Part shown: piece after piece, positions 29,076 to 37,585 of the stretch
Layout: the number at the start of each line of letters is the position of its first letter
How positions within the stretch are numbered: position 1 is the stretch's first letter
Assembly: GCA_026984135.1 (NCBI GenBank)
Contig: JALSSR010000093.1
Location: 1 to 50,197 of the forward strand
From: Bacteroidales bacterium
Lineage (GTDB): Bacteria > Bacteroidota > Bacteroidia > Bacteroidales > JAADJA01
Reading direction: 5' to 3'
Length of the DNA: 50,197 nt
Translations under genes and position numbers: made by a program
The notes under the pieces: generated by a model
What the model was told of the DNA's origin: nothing
Databases searched by the model: none
What the model saw: only the letters and a program-made list of their open reading frames with translations

Positions 29076-29222
29076 ATGAAGGCAAAATCCGACTCACCGG
29101 AAATAACTATTTATATTGATCCTGATCTTGACGATGCCGTTGATGCGGCATTAATGACGGCAGAACGTGACATTTTGGAAGGTCAAAGAATTATGAATCG
29201 GCTATTCAAAACAAAGCAATAA
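29076..29222 (+). CDS. Possible 48-aa small protein (not in ORF track)
   Basis: MKAKSDSPEITIYIDPDLDDAVDAALMTAERDILEGQRIMNRLFKTKQ*, 9 bp after the DPP stop codon. Confidence 0.35.
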   Translation: MKAKSDSPEITIYIDPDLDDAVDAALMTAERDILEGQRIMNRLFKTKQ

Positions 29223-29355
29223 TTTCACAACAAAAAGAGGGGGTTCCGTTTAGTATGCCTCATAAAAATATAGAATATTATAGACAAGAGTATTTAAAAA
29301 TAGGTAATGAATGAGTTCTAATAATCATTCCTATTTATGCCGGATTAGTTTACTA

Positions 29356-30033
29356 TTACAAAAGTTCAGTTATTTTTTCGATTGGAAATGCTTTTCCATG
29401 AGCAGGGAAAACCGTTTTAACTCCCAAATAAATGAGTTTTTTCCAGCTATTTTTCAGCAGTGCCAAATCTTCTGCAAATATTGGCAATCCGGCGCCTTTG
29501 CGAAAAGGGAATCCGTTCATAGCCATATCACCGACAAAAGCTTCTCCCGTATCAAGAAGCACCGTTACCGACCCGTAAGAATGTCCGGGAGTATAAACCG
29601 CTTTGCCGTCAATTCCGAACTCTCTGAGGTCTAATCCGTTATCATCTATTTCGATACCAACTTTTGAAGTTTTTATTTTTACCCTGCCGCTGCTCATCTT
29701 TGAGAAATGTCCGAGAAATCTGCCCCAGCGGGTAACTCCGGGTGGAATCAATATGGTTCCTTCTTCTATGCAACTCTTTTCAATCTTATGAATTGCTGTT
29801 TTTGCACCTGTTTCTTCAACGATAGCCCGGGTATTTCCGATATGATCCCAGTGTCCGTGAGTATGCATTACCAACGACAAATCTTTTATATCAATTCCTG
29901 TTTTGTCAAATACTTTATAAAAAGATCCAAGCTTTCCGGGCACTCCGGTATCAATAAGGACAACTCTCTCTTGTTTCAAAAGAAAGCAGTTTGTAATTCC
30001 TGCCTTTATAATATGAATCCGTACCGGTTTCAT
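29356..30033 (-). CDS. MBL-fold metallo-hydrolase
   Basis: LIDTG, THGHWDHIG, TPGHS, FVGD, FPAHG. Confidence 0.92.
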   Translation of the reverse strand: MKPVRIHIIKAGITNCFLLKQERVVLIDTGVPGKLGSFYKVFDKTGIDIKDLSLVMHTHGHWDHIGNTRAIVEETGAKTAIHKIEKSCIEEGTILIPPGVTRWGRFLGHFSKMSSGRVKIKTSKVGIEIDDNGLDLREFGIDGKAVYTPGHSYGSVTVLLDTGEAFVGDMAMNGFPFRKGAGLPIFAEDLALLKNSWKKLIYLGVKTVFPAHGKAFPIEKITELL

Positions 30034-30040
30034 TATTTGA

Positions 30041-30973
30041 CTAATCTTTTGTCAATAATTTCTTCACAACCTCCTTATCCTTTTCAAGTTGCTTTTTAAG
30101 TTCGTCGAGGTTTGCAAATTTGATTTCATCTCTAATCCTGTCAATAAAATAAATGGTTATTTCATCGCCATAAATATCATTGTCGAAATCAAAAATATGC
30201 ACTTCCGTTACCAATCCGTTAATACCAATTGTGGGACGGGTACCGATATTTCCCATTCCTGCATATATTTTGTCGTTCCATTTGACTTTACAGGCATAAA
30301 CCCCGCCTGCAGCAATGAGCTTATATTTATCTTCAATGTCAATATTTGCAGTAGGGAAACCGATTGTACGACCGATTTTGTTACCTTCAACAACAATTCC
30401 GGTGATGGAATACTCATATCCCAGCATTTTGTTTGCTTTCTTGATATTACCCTCCATCAAAGCATTCCTTATTTTTGTGGAGCTAACCGCCACGCCGTCA
30501 ATAAATTGAGCTTTGATCTCCTCTACTGTAAATCCGTATTTGTTGCCAAGAGCTTTCAGATTTTCAAAATGTCCTTCCCTGTTGCTTCCGAAATGGTGGT
30601 CATATCCTATAATCAGTTCTTTGACGCCGATTTTGTCAACAAGATACTTTTTAACAAAGTCATCGGATGATGTTTTCGCAAACTCTTTGGTAAAAGGAAT
30701 TATTATCAGATTATCTATTCCGAATTTGTCAAGAAGGCGGAATTTTCGTTCAACGGTATTGATAAACTTCAGATTTTGACTGTCGGGATAGAGAGCAAGA
30801 CGCGGATGCGGATCAAAAGTGACAAGTACCGTTTCTCCGTTGTTTTTTCGGGCTGTCTCTTTCATCCTTTCAATGATTTTCTGATGCCCGATATGCAATC
30901 CGTCGAAAGTGCCGACCGTAACAGTGGCAAAATCAGGCTTTTTAAATCTTTCTATATCCGTATATATTTTCAA
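30041..30973 (-). CDS. ribF: Bifunctional riboflavin kinase/FAD synthetase
   Basis: GTFDGLHIGHQ, TFDPHP, IGYDHHFG, VSSTKIR, GRTIGFPTAN, EVHIFDF; TTG start. Confidence 0.98.
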   Translation of the reverse strand: MKIYTDIERFKKPDFATVTVGTFDGLHIGHQKIIERMKETARKNNGETVLVTFDPHPRLALYPDSQNLKFINTVERKFRLLDKFGIDNLIIIPFTKEFAKTSSDDFVKKYLVDKIGVKELIIGYDHHFGSNREGHFENLKALGNKYGFTVEEIKAQFIDGVAVSSTKIRNALMEGNIKKANKMLGYEYSITGIVVEGNKIGRTIGFPTANIDIEDKYKLIAAGGVYACKVKWNDKIYAGMGNIGTRPTIGINGLVTEVHIFDFDNDIYGDEITIYFIDRIRDEIKFANLDELKKQLEKDKEVVKKLLTKD

Positions 30974-31048
30974 AATACCCGCCGTTTATGAATCGGCAAA
31001 AATAATATAATTTCAAAGAAAACTATAAATGATATTTTTATCGGACGC

Positions 31049-31179
31049 AATTATACTAAAGAGCATCCAAACGCACCTCCTTCAGTCATAAACTTTGCCG
31101 TTTCAAATTTTAATAACCGCCTGATTTTACTCTATTTGGTTTCAAATATTCCGGCATTTTCGTTTGGTATCGGTTTATT
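31049..31179 (+). repeat. ~130-bp dispersed intergenic element, copy 2 (inverted relative to copy 1)
   Basis: Shared blocks AATTATACTAAA, GCATCC, TAAACTTTGC, CCTGA, GCATTTTCGTT, GTTTATT. Confidence 0.7.
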
Positions 31180-31194
31180 TCATATATTTGCAAT

Positions 31195-31371
31195 ATGGAT
31201 TTACTTAAAAATAATATTGATGTTGTCGATTATGCAGATAATTATTTTGATTTAAAGTGTTCGTTGGAAGAATTGTTTAACAGAAAAGTTGATTTTTTAG
31301 AGGAAAATGCAATAAGAAACCTTTATTTAAAGATTTCAATTGATAAATCGAAAAAACTTCTATGGAATTGA
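31195..31371 (+). pseudogene. Internally deleted MNT (minimal nucleotidyltransferase) antitoxin
   Basis: MDLLKNNIDVVDYADNYFDLKCSLEELFNRKVDFLEENAIRNLYLKISIDKSKKLLWN resembles an MNT C-terminal half and lacks the catalytic GS...DxD segment. Confidence 0.7.
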
Positions 31372-31406
31372 AATAATAACTTGGTTTATGATATATCATA
31401 GTCAAT
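31362..31406 (+). pseudogene. Degenerate 5' remnant of a HEPN (DUF86) toxin gene
   Basis: With two frameshifts and a stop it reads M-x-I-E-I-I-T-W-x-Y-D-I-S-*-S, resembling the N-terminus of MNT-partner HEPN proteins; overlaps the MNT 3' end. Confidence 0.45.
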
Positions 31407-31415
31407 ATTTTTATA

Positions 31416-34400
31416 ATGCTTTCTTTTTTAAAAAACATACCGGTTTTCAAGATATTTCGGCTGTTACTGTTTGCAATATTGGTATTGAGTTTTGGGTTGA
31501 AAGCTCAGGTATATGATGATTTCAGTGACGGAAATTTTACCTCAAACCCCCAATGGCTTGGCGATACTTCACAATTTAAAATAACCTCGTCAAGTGCAAT
31601 ACCTCCCGAAATGAAGCCCGCACTCCAACTTAACGGAAATCAGGAGGATACAACAATCCTTTTTCTGCAAAACTCTTTGGTCTCAAATACCGAATGGCGA
31701 TTCTGGGTAAAACTCTCATTCAATACTTCGGCAAACAATTATGCAAGAGTTTACCTTGTTTCGGATAATGCCGACCTGAAAAGTGCGTTGAACGGATATT
31801 TCGTGCAAATAGGCGGTCCCAATGACAGCATTTCGTTAAACAAGCAAACGGGAGAATCTTCGGAGGTTATTATTCACGGTACATACTCTTATACCGGAAG
31901 TTCCACAAACAAACTGCGTATTAAGGTTACACGGGACGAAACCGGCAACTGGAATCTTTTTTCCGACCCGGATGGGGGTTATAGCTTCCAACCCGAAGGA
32001 TATACCTTTGATCCCCAATTCAATACCACGAGTTATTTCGGAATTTATTGTAAATATACAGGCAGTAATGCCACTAAGTTTTATTTTGATGATTTTTATG
32101 TTAACGAAATAATTATTGATACTATTCCACCTGCTATTGCAAGCGTTTCGGTAGTGTCGCTAACGGAACTTGATGTTTTGTTTTCGGAACAAGTGGAGAC
32201 TTTATCGGCAAGTGAACCACAAAATTATACGGTTAACAACGGAGTCGGCGAACCGGTTTCTGCTCTTATTGACGAGAACAATCTTTCGCTTGTACATCTT
32301 TTGTTTCAACAACCATTTGTATCCGGTACCGAATATTTGCTGAAGGTAGCAGGAGTTGCCGATTTATCGGGAAATACAATGACCGGCGACACGTCAACCT
32401 TCATTTACTATGAACCGGTGCAGGCAAGTGCTTATGACGTGATTATCAATGAAATAATGGCGGATGTCAATCCCGCTCCGCCAAGTCTTCCCGAAGCCGA
32501 TTATCTTGAACTCTACAACAGGACTTCCTCATCCGTTAGTCTTAGCAACTGGACATTAAAATTGAAAAACAATTTCAGTCCTGTTGTTTTTCCCGATGTG
32601 GTTATTGAACCGGATAGTTTTCTGATTGTTGTTAAAACATCGGATGTGGAAAATTTTGAAAATTACGGACAGGTAACGGGACTCTCCGGATTCTCTTTGA
32701 ATAATGAATCAAAACTTGTTTTGCGAAATGCCACGGGTGATTATATCCATTCGGTTTCATACAATAAAAACTGGTATAAAGACGAAGACAAACAGGAAGG
32801 CGGCTGGGCTTTGGAAATGATTGACCCGGAATATGCCTGTGCCGGCGGACAGAATTGGAGGGCATCATTTGATGAAAGCGGAGGTACTCCCGGAAGGCAA
32901 AATTCAGTGTTTATGCAAAACCTTTCTTTCCCCGAAATACTAATAATAGAACCCGTTAGCTTGACTGAGATTAAAATTGTTTTTTCGCATTTTATGGATA
33001 GCCTCTCGTTGATAAATCCCAATGCCTATTTGATTTCAGATGGCTTTGGCAATCCGGTTTCGGCAACTTGCACGGAAGCCTCTTTCGATGAGGTAGTACT
33101 TGATTTTGCAGGTTCTTTTGAGATGAGCAAAGAATATTCATTAACAATCACCGATACAATAAGAGATTGTGCCGGGAATTTTATTCAGCCCGGCTCGTCC
33201 TATCCTTTTGCAATTCCCGATGAAGCACAACCCTATGATCTTGTCATCAATGAAATACTTGCCGACCCCAATCCGCCGGTTGGTTTGCCCGAATATGAGT
33301 TTGTGGAAATTTATAATACGACTGATAAATATCTCGGTATAAAAGATTGGACTTTTATGATAGGAACGGTGGAAAAAGAGCTGACGGATATTGTCCTTGC
33401 CCCGGACGAATATTTAATATTGACAACCGAGGATGCAAAACCTTTATATAATCTTTTCGGAAAAACATACGGACTGTCAAGTCTTGCCCTTCCCAACGAA
33501 GGAGCAACATTATCGCTTGTCAGTCATGAAGGTACAACGATGTCAACGGTCACGTACGACAACGATTGGTTTGAGGACGAAGATAAAGCCGCCGGTGGCT
33601 GGTCACTTGAGCAGATAGACCCGCTGAGTCCCTGTGGGGGAAAGGAAAACTGGTCTGAAGCCGTTGCAGAACAAGGTGGTACTCCCGGAAGTATCAACTC
33701 CGTTAACGGAGAAAGTTCGGAAGACCCTGAAATTCTTAAAATAGAGGTAATTGACAACAGTACCGTCGAAGTTTTTTTCAACAAGACAATGGACGTACCG
33801 TCTTTGCTTGATGTGGATAATTATGAGGTTAACAAAGGAGTTGGTACACCCGTATCGTCCTATCAGGATATTAATTTAACCGATAGAGTATTCCTTGTAT
33901 TTGACTATGAAATGATAAAAAGAACGGTTTACACCTTAACTGCAAAAAGCGAATTAAAGGATTGTGCGGGAGAAAAAATTTCAATTGATATTGATAAGCA
34001 GTTCGGCATTCCTGAACCGGCTGAAAAAGATGATGTCATCATCAATGAGGTTCTTTTCAATCCGCTTGGTGACGGTGTGGATTTTGTTGAAATTTACAAT
34101 CGCTCCGAAAAGATAATTTCTCCTTCCGGCTTAATGCTGGGAACAGTGAAAGAGAATCAATTTGAATCTGACGATACAACCTATAAAAATATTCCCGACG
34201 ATAAGAGTATGCTATTGTCGGGAGAATATCTTGTATTGACAAAGAATCCGGAAAAGGTTAAGGAGCGGTATTTTACGGAGAATCCGGATGGCTTTGTGAA
34301 GATGATTTCCTTTCCCTCTTACCCTAACGAGAAAGGCACTGTTATCGTCTCGACGAAGACAGGTTTGATAACGGATGCTTTCGATTATAATGAAAATATG

Positions 34401-34877
34401 CATTATCCGTTGCTAGTTTCGGTTGAGGGTGTATCGCTCGAACGGATAAATCCCGGTCGGCCTGCAAAAGATGCCACAAACTGGCATTCGGCTTCCGAAG
34501 AGTCGGGTTTTGGAACACCAGGATATAGAAATTCTCAATATAGTGACTTTGAGTCTGTTGAGGATCCGGTGACGATTAATCCCGAAGTTTTTTCACCCGA
34601 CAATGACGGGTATAATGATATTGTAAATATAGGATATAAATTTTCCACTCCGGGCTATACTGCAAATATAACCATTTTTGATTCCGAAGGACGACTTGTG
34701 AAATATCTTGTACGTAATGAACTTCTCGGTACCGAAGGTTCATTTTCCTGGGACGGAACAGACGAAAACAATCAAAAAGCCGGTATCGGTATCTATGTTA
34801 TTTATTTTGAAGCTTTCGATATGAACGGTAATGTTTTTAGATATAAAAAGAGTACCGTATTAGGAGGCAAATTATGA
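31416..34877 (+). CDS. Large secreted lamin-tail-domain/Ig-like repeat protein with T9SS type B-like C-terminus
   Basis: Three (V/I)INE(I/V)...E(L/I)YN...GTPG modules separated by Ig-like segments; C-terminal PEVFSPDNDGYND...WDG...GIY. Confidence 0.88.
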   Translation: MLSFLKNIPVFKIFRLLLFAILVLSFGLKAQVYDDFSDGNFTSNPQWLGDTSQFKITSSSAIPPEMKPALQLNGNQEDTTILFLQNSLVSNTEWRFWVKLSFNTSANNYARVYLVSDNADLKSALNGYFVQIGGPNDSISLNKQTGESSEVIIHGTYSYTGSSTNKLRIKVTRDETGNWNLFSDPDGGYSFQPEGYTFDPQFNTTSYFGIYCKYTGSNATKFYFDDFYVNEIIIDTIPPAIASVSVVSLTELDVLFSEQVETLSASEPQNYTVNNGVGEPVSALIDENNLSLVHLLFQQPFVSGTEYLLKVAGVADLSGNTMTGDTSTFIYYEPVQASAYDVIINEIMADVNPAPPSLPEADYLELYNRTSSSVSLSNWTLKLKNNFSPVVFPDVVIEPDSFLIVVKTSDVENFENYGQVTGLSGFSLNNESKLVLRNATGDYIHSVSYNKNWYKDEDKQEGGWALEMIDPEYACAGGQNWRASFDESGGTPGRQNSVFMQNLSFPEILIIEPVSLTEIKIVFSHFMDSLSLINPNAYLISDGFGNPVSATCTEASFDEVVLDFAGSFEMSKEYSLTITDTIRDCAGNFIQPGSSYPFAIPDEAQPYDLVINEILADPNPPVGLPEYEFVEIYNTTDKYLGIKDWTFMIGTVEKELTDIVLAPDEYLILTTEDAKPLYNLFGKTYGLSSLALPNEGATLSLVSHEGTTMSTVTYDNDWFEDEDKAAGGWSLEQIDPLSPCGGKENWSEAVAEQGGTPGSINSVNGESSEDPEILKIEVIDNSTVEVFFNKTMDVPSLLDVDNYEVNKGVGTPVSSYQDINLTDRVFLVFDYEMIKRTVYTLTAKSELKDCAGEKISIDIDKQFGIPEPAEKDDVIINEVLFNPLGDGVDFVEIYNRSEKIISPSGLMLGTVKENQFESDDTTYKNIPDDKSMLLSGEYLVLTKNPEKVKERYFTENPDGFVKMISFPSYPNEKGTVIVSTKTGLITDAFDYNENMHYPLLVSVEGVSLERINPGRPAKDATNWHSASEESGFGTPGYRNSQYSDFESVEDPVTINPEVFSPDNDGYNDIVNIGYKFSTPGYTANITIFDSEGRLVKYLVRNELLGTEGSFSWDGTDENNQKAGIGIYVIYFEAFDMNGNVFRYKKSTVLGGKL

Positions 34878-35086
34878 AAAATTTTCCGATTGCACCGCCT
34901 GACCCTGTTGATGCTATACGGTTTAGGATGGAACAAATGGGAATAACCACTGCCGAGCTGGAAAAATATCTTGGTAGTAAAACTAAAGTTAGAGAAATTC
35001 TTAATAGAAAAAGAGATATATCTCTTAAAATGGCTAAATCATTATATAAAGAGTTGAAAATTCCTGCAGAAGTGCTCCTTACATAA
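34874..35086 (+). pseudogene. Orphan C-terminal HTH of a HigA-type antitoxin
   Basis: PDPVDAIRFRMEQMG...LGSKTKVREILNRKR...LKIPAEVLL; N-terminal half and HigB toxin absent; may still be expressed. Confidence 0.75.
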
Positions 35087-35090
35087 AATA

Positions 35091-36896
35091 TTAAAACAGT
35101 CCTCCGTTCCGATATATCTCCAATTGTACGTCGGAGAATTTCTCACCTGATACGGTTTTGTTGTTTTTCAGATTTGTTATTTCACCGGTCTCAAAGTTAA
35201 CGCGGATAGTGTCACCATCCTCAATATCAATGCTTTCAATATTTTTGTAGGTCATAATAGGAAAAGCCGCATTTATGGCATTACGCTCATAAATGGCTCC
35301 AAAAGACTCAGCAAGGATAGCCTGAATGCCAAGTGATTTAAAACAGTCAACCGCTTGCTGACGCGAGCTGCCACTGCCGAAGTTTTTGCCTGTTACCACG
35401 ATATCTCCGGGTTGGGCTTTTTTAGCAAAATCCTCATATCCTTCAAGATTATCAAAAGTGTATTGCCCCATCTCATTTATGTCGGTGATTGTTAAATAGC
35501 GGTTATGGAATATCATATCGGTATCAATATTGTCTTCTCTGATAAACCATACTCTTCCTTTGACAACCGTAGGTTTCGGTTCGTGATGTTTAGCATCCGC
35601 AGCAGCTCTTTTTGCTTTTTCTTCATCATGTTCGGCTGTGAAAACCGCAGGCTCTTCCGGAATATCGTCAAAGGTAGTGATATAACCTGCCACAGCGGAA
35701 GCAGCAACCGTTGCGGGCGATGCCAGATATACGCTTCCCTTTCCCTGTTTTCCCGGAAAATTCCGGTTGCCGGTACTTATGGTAATCTCTCCCGGACCGT
35801 TTTGTCCTACCTGACCTGCGGCACAACCTGCACAACCTGCATTGGACACCAGTGCGCCGGCATCTTTGAATATCTTTATCAAACCCTCATCAAGGCACCT
35901 GTTCCAAATCTCATTTGTTGAAGGTACAATCTTTAAAACCACACCCGGTGCCACTTTCCTGCCTTCAAGTACTTTGGCAACAGCCAGCATATCTTCCATA
36001 CGACCGTTGGTACAACTTCCCACAAATGCAGAATCAATCTTAACCTTTTTGGCTTTAACAATATTGACGGTATCGTGGGGTTTGCCCGGTAGAGATACCA
36101 TGGGAACAAATTTACTCAGGTCAATGTTGTAAACAGCATCATAAACAGCATCCTTGTCGGCTGTTACGGGCTCCAGTTTGCGTCCCGTTGCCGCTTCACA
36201 AAAATCCATCACCTCCTTATTCGGTGTAAATAACACGATGATGGTTCCCATTTCCGTTCCCATCGAAGAAATTGTTATTCTTTCGTCAAGAGTGAATTTA
36301 TCAACCTCTTCACCGTAAATTTCCACGGAATATCCGAGCAACGAATTGGCACCGAACTCATGCAAAAGGTTCAAAACAATATCCTTGGCACTTATTCCCT
36401 CCGGTCTTTTACCGTTCAGATTTATCTTAACCGATTTCGGAACTTTAAACCATACCTTTCCTCTGTTGAATGCAGCTGCGATATCCTTATCTCCCATTCC
36501 TTGTCCGAAGGCACCGATGGCGCCGAGAATATTTGCGTGAGAGTCTGTTGTGAGTGCCGTAGAACCCGGATATGCATAACCTTCGGATATCAGTGTATGC
36601 GTCCCGATTCCGTTATTGATATCAAAAACCCTGATTCCGTGTTTACGTGCAAACATCCTTATAAACTGTTGGTTTTGGGCATATTTTTGATCCGACCCCG
36701 TAGGATTTGTATCGAAGGTAAACAACGTTTTACTTACATCGTCAATCGTAAGATTGTTTTCCTCAATATGTTTAACAACATTCGGCCCGCCGAAGTCACG
36801 GGCAGCCCTTGCATCTACCTCAATATCAACAATATCACCCGGCTTTACCGTGTCAAATTTCGAGTGGTTTGCTATTATTTTTTCTATGATTGTCAT
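35091..36896 (-). CDS. Fused large+small subunit homoaconitase / isopropylmalate isomerase-like dehydratase
   Basis: MTIIEKII start; TDSHA, GSCTNGR, CAGCAAG, STGNRNF (large subunit); linker; DNIDTDMI, GKNFGSGSSRQQA, SFGAIYERNAIN (small subunit). Confidence 0.9.
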   Translation of the reverse strand: MTIIEKIIANHSKFDTVKPGDIVDIEVDARAARDFGGPNVVKHIEENNLTIDDVSKTLFTFDTNPTGSDQKYAQNQQFIRMFARKHGIRVFDINNGIGTHTLISEGYAYPGSTALTTDSHANILGAIGAFGQGMGDKDIAAAFNRGKVWFKVPKSVKINLNGKRPEGISAKDIVLNLLHEFGANSLLGYSVEIYGEEVDKFTLDERITISSMGTEMGTIIVLFTPNKEVMDFCEAATGRKLEPVTADKDAVYDAVYNIDLSKFVPMVSLPGKPHDTVNIVKAKKVKIDSAFVGSCTNGRMEDMLAVAKVLEGRKVAPGVVLKIVPSTNEIWNRCLDEGLIKIFKDAGALVSNAGCAGCAAGQVGQNGPGEITISTGNRNFPGKQGKGSVYLASPATVAASAVAGYITTFDDIPEEPAVFTAEHDEEKAKRAAADAKHHEPKPTVVKGRVWFIREDNIDTDMIFHNRYLTITDINEMGQYTFDNLEGYEDFAKKAQPGDIVVTGKNFGSGSSRQQAVDCFKSLGIQAILAESFGAIYERNAINAAFPIMTYKNIESIDIEDGDTIRVNFETGEITNLKNNKTVSGEKFSDVQLEIYRNGGLF

Positions 36897-36987
36897 ACTT
36901 TTTTCATTTAAATTGAAGCGCAAAAGTACAAGATTTTTATTCATATAAAATAGGTATATGATAAATAATTTTCAATTTCAATATGCA

Positions 36988-37351
36988 CCTGTCCGATGCA
37001 GGCGGGTTTTTTATTCTTGAATTCAATGAATATTGAGTGCTGAGCATTTTTTTCAATAACCCTGCCTCTTGCCGGTGTTGTCACCGACAAGGAATCGTGA
37101 TCATCAACAAACCTTGCTATCCGGTATTTTCTTTATGCACGGGATTTTGCAATCCCGAACCTGATATTTTCAGGATTTGTAATCCTGTTTAAAAAGTTGA
37201 TGATTTGCGGGATTTTGTGTCATTTGAGTTTTTGTGTTATAATTTTTTACCACCAAAACACAAAAACCACAAAAATGTTAGCTTTACTTCAGAGGTTTCA
37301 TTTTTCGACAAATCTATCATTAGTCTCCCCTTCAGGGGAGATTTAGAGGGG
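36988..37351. repeat. Cluster of distinct short REP-like palindromes
   Basis: CCTGTCCG...GGCGGG (36988), CCGGTG-TTGT-CACCGA (37072), CGGGATT-TTGC-AATCCCG (37140), CAGGATT-TGT-AATCCTG (37171), TTTTGTG.../...CACAAAA (37213-37274), TCTCCCC-TTCA-GGGGAGA (37324). Confidence 0.65.
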
Positions 37352-37391
37352 TAAAGTACCCGATTTCCCATCAAATTACCCTAAAAATTCT

Positions 37392-37423
37392 TACCGTTAA
37401 CTTGTTAAATCATACCGTTAACT
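37392..37423 (+). promoter_or_regulatory. Direct-repeat pair TACCGTTAACT with 21-bp period (LytTR-type operator candidate)
   Basis: Exact 11-mers at 37392 and 37413, matching the pair at 6858/6879. Confidence 0.6.
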
Positions 37424-37585
37424 GATTTTAATACATTCTTAATTATTTTTAAAATACAGATAATAAGTCGGTTAGTATTTTTTAAAATGCGATTTTGTAT
37501 ATATTTTCTCTTTTTTAATTTTGATAAGTTCCCTTTTTTTTGTATTATTGCAATCTAAAATCACATTTAAAAAAATTCAAGGGAA

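Noticed and set aside
29243-29255. TTCCGTTTAGTAT as a third copy of the 130-bp element end
   Set aside because: Only the terminal ~12 bp resemble the element and the internal blocks are not recognisable.
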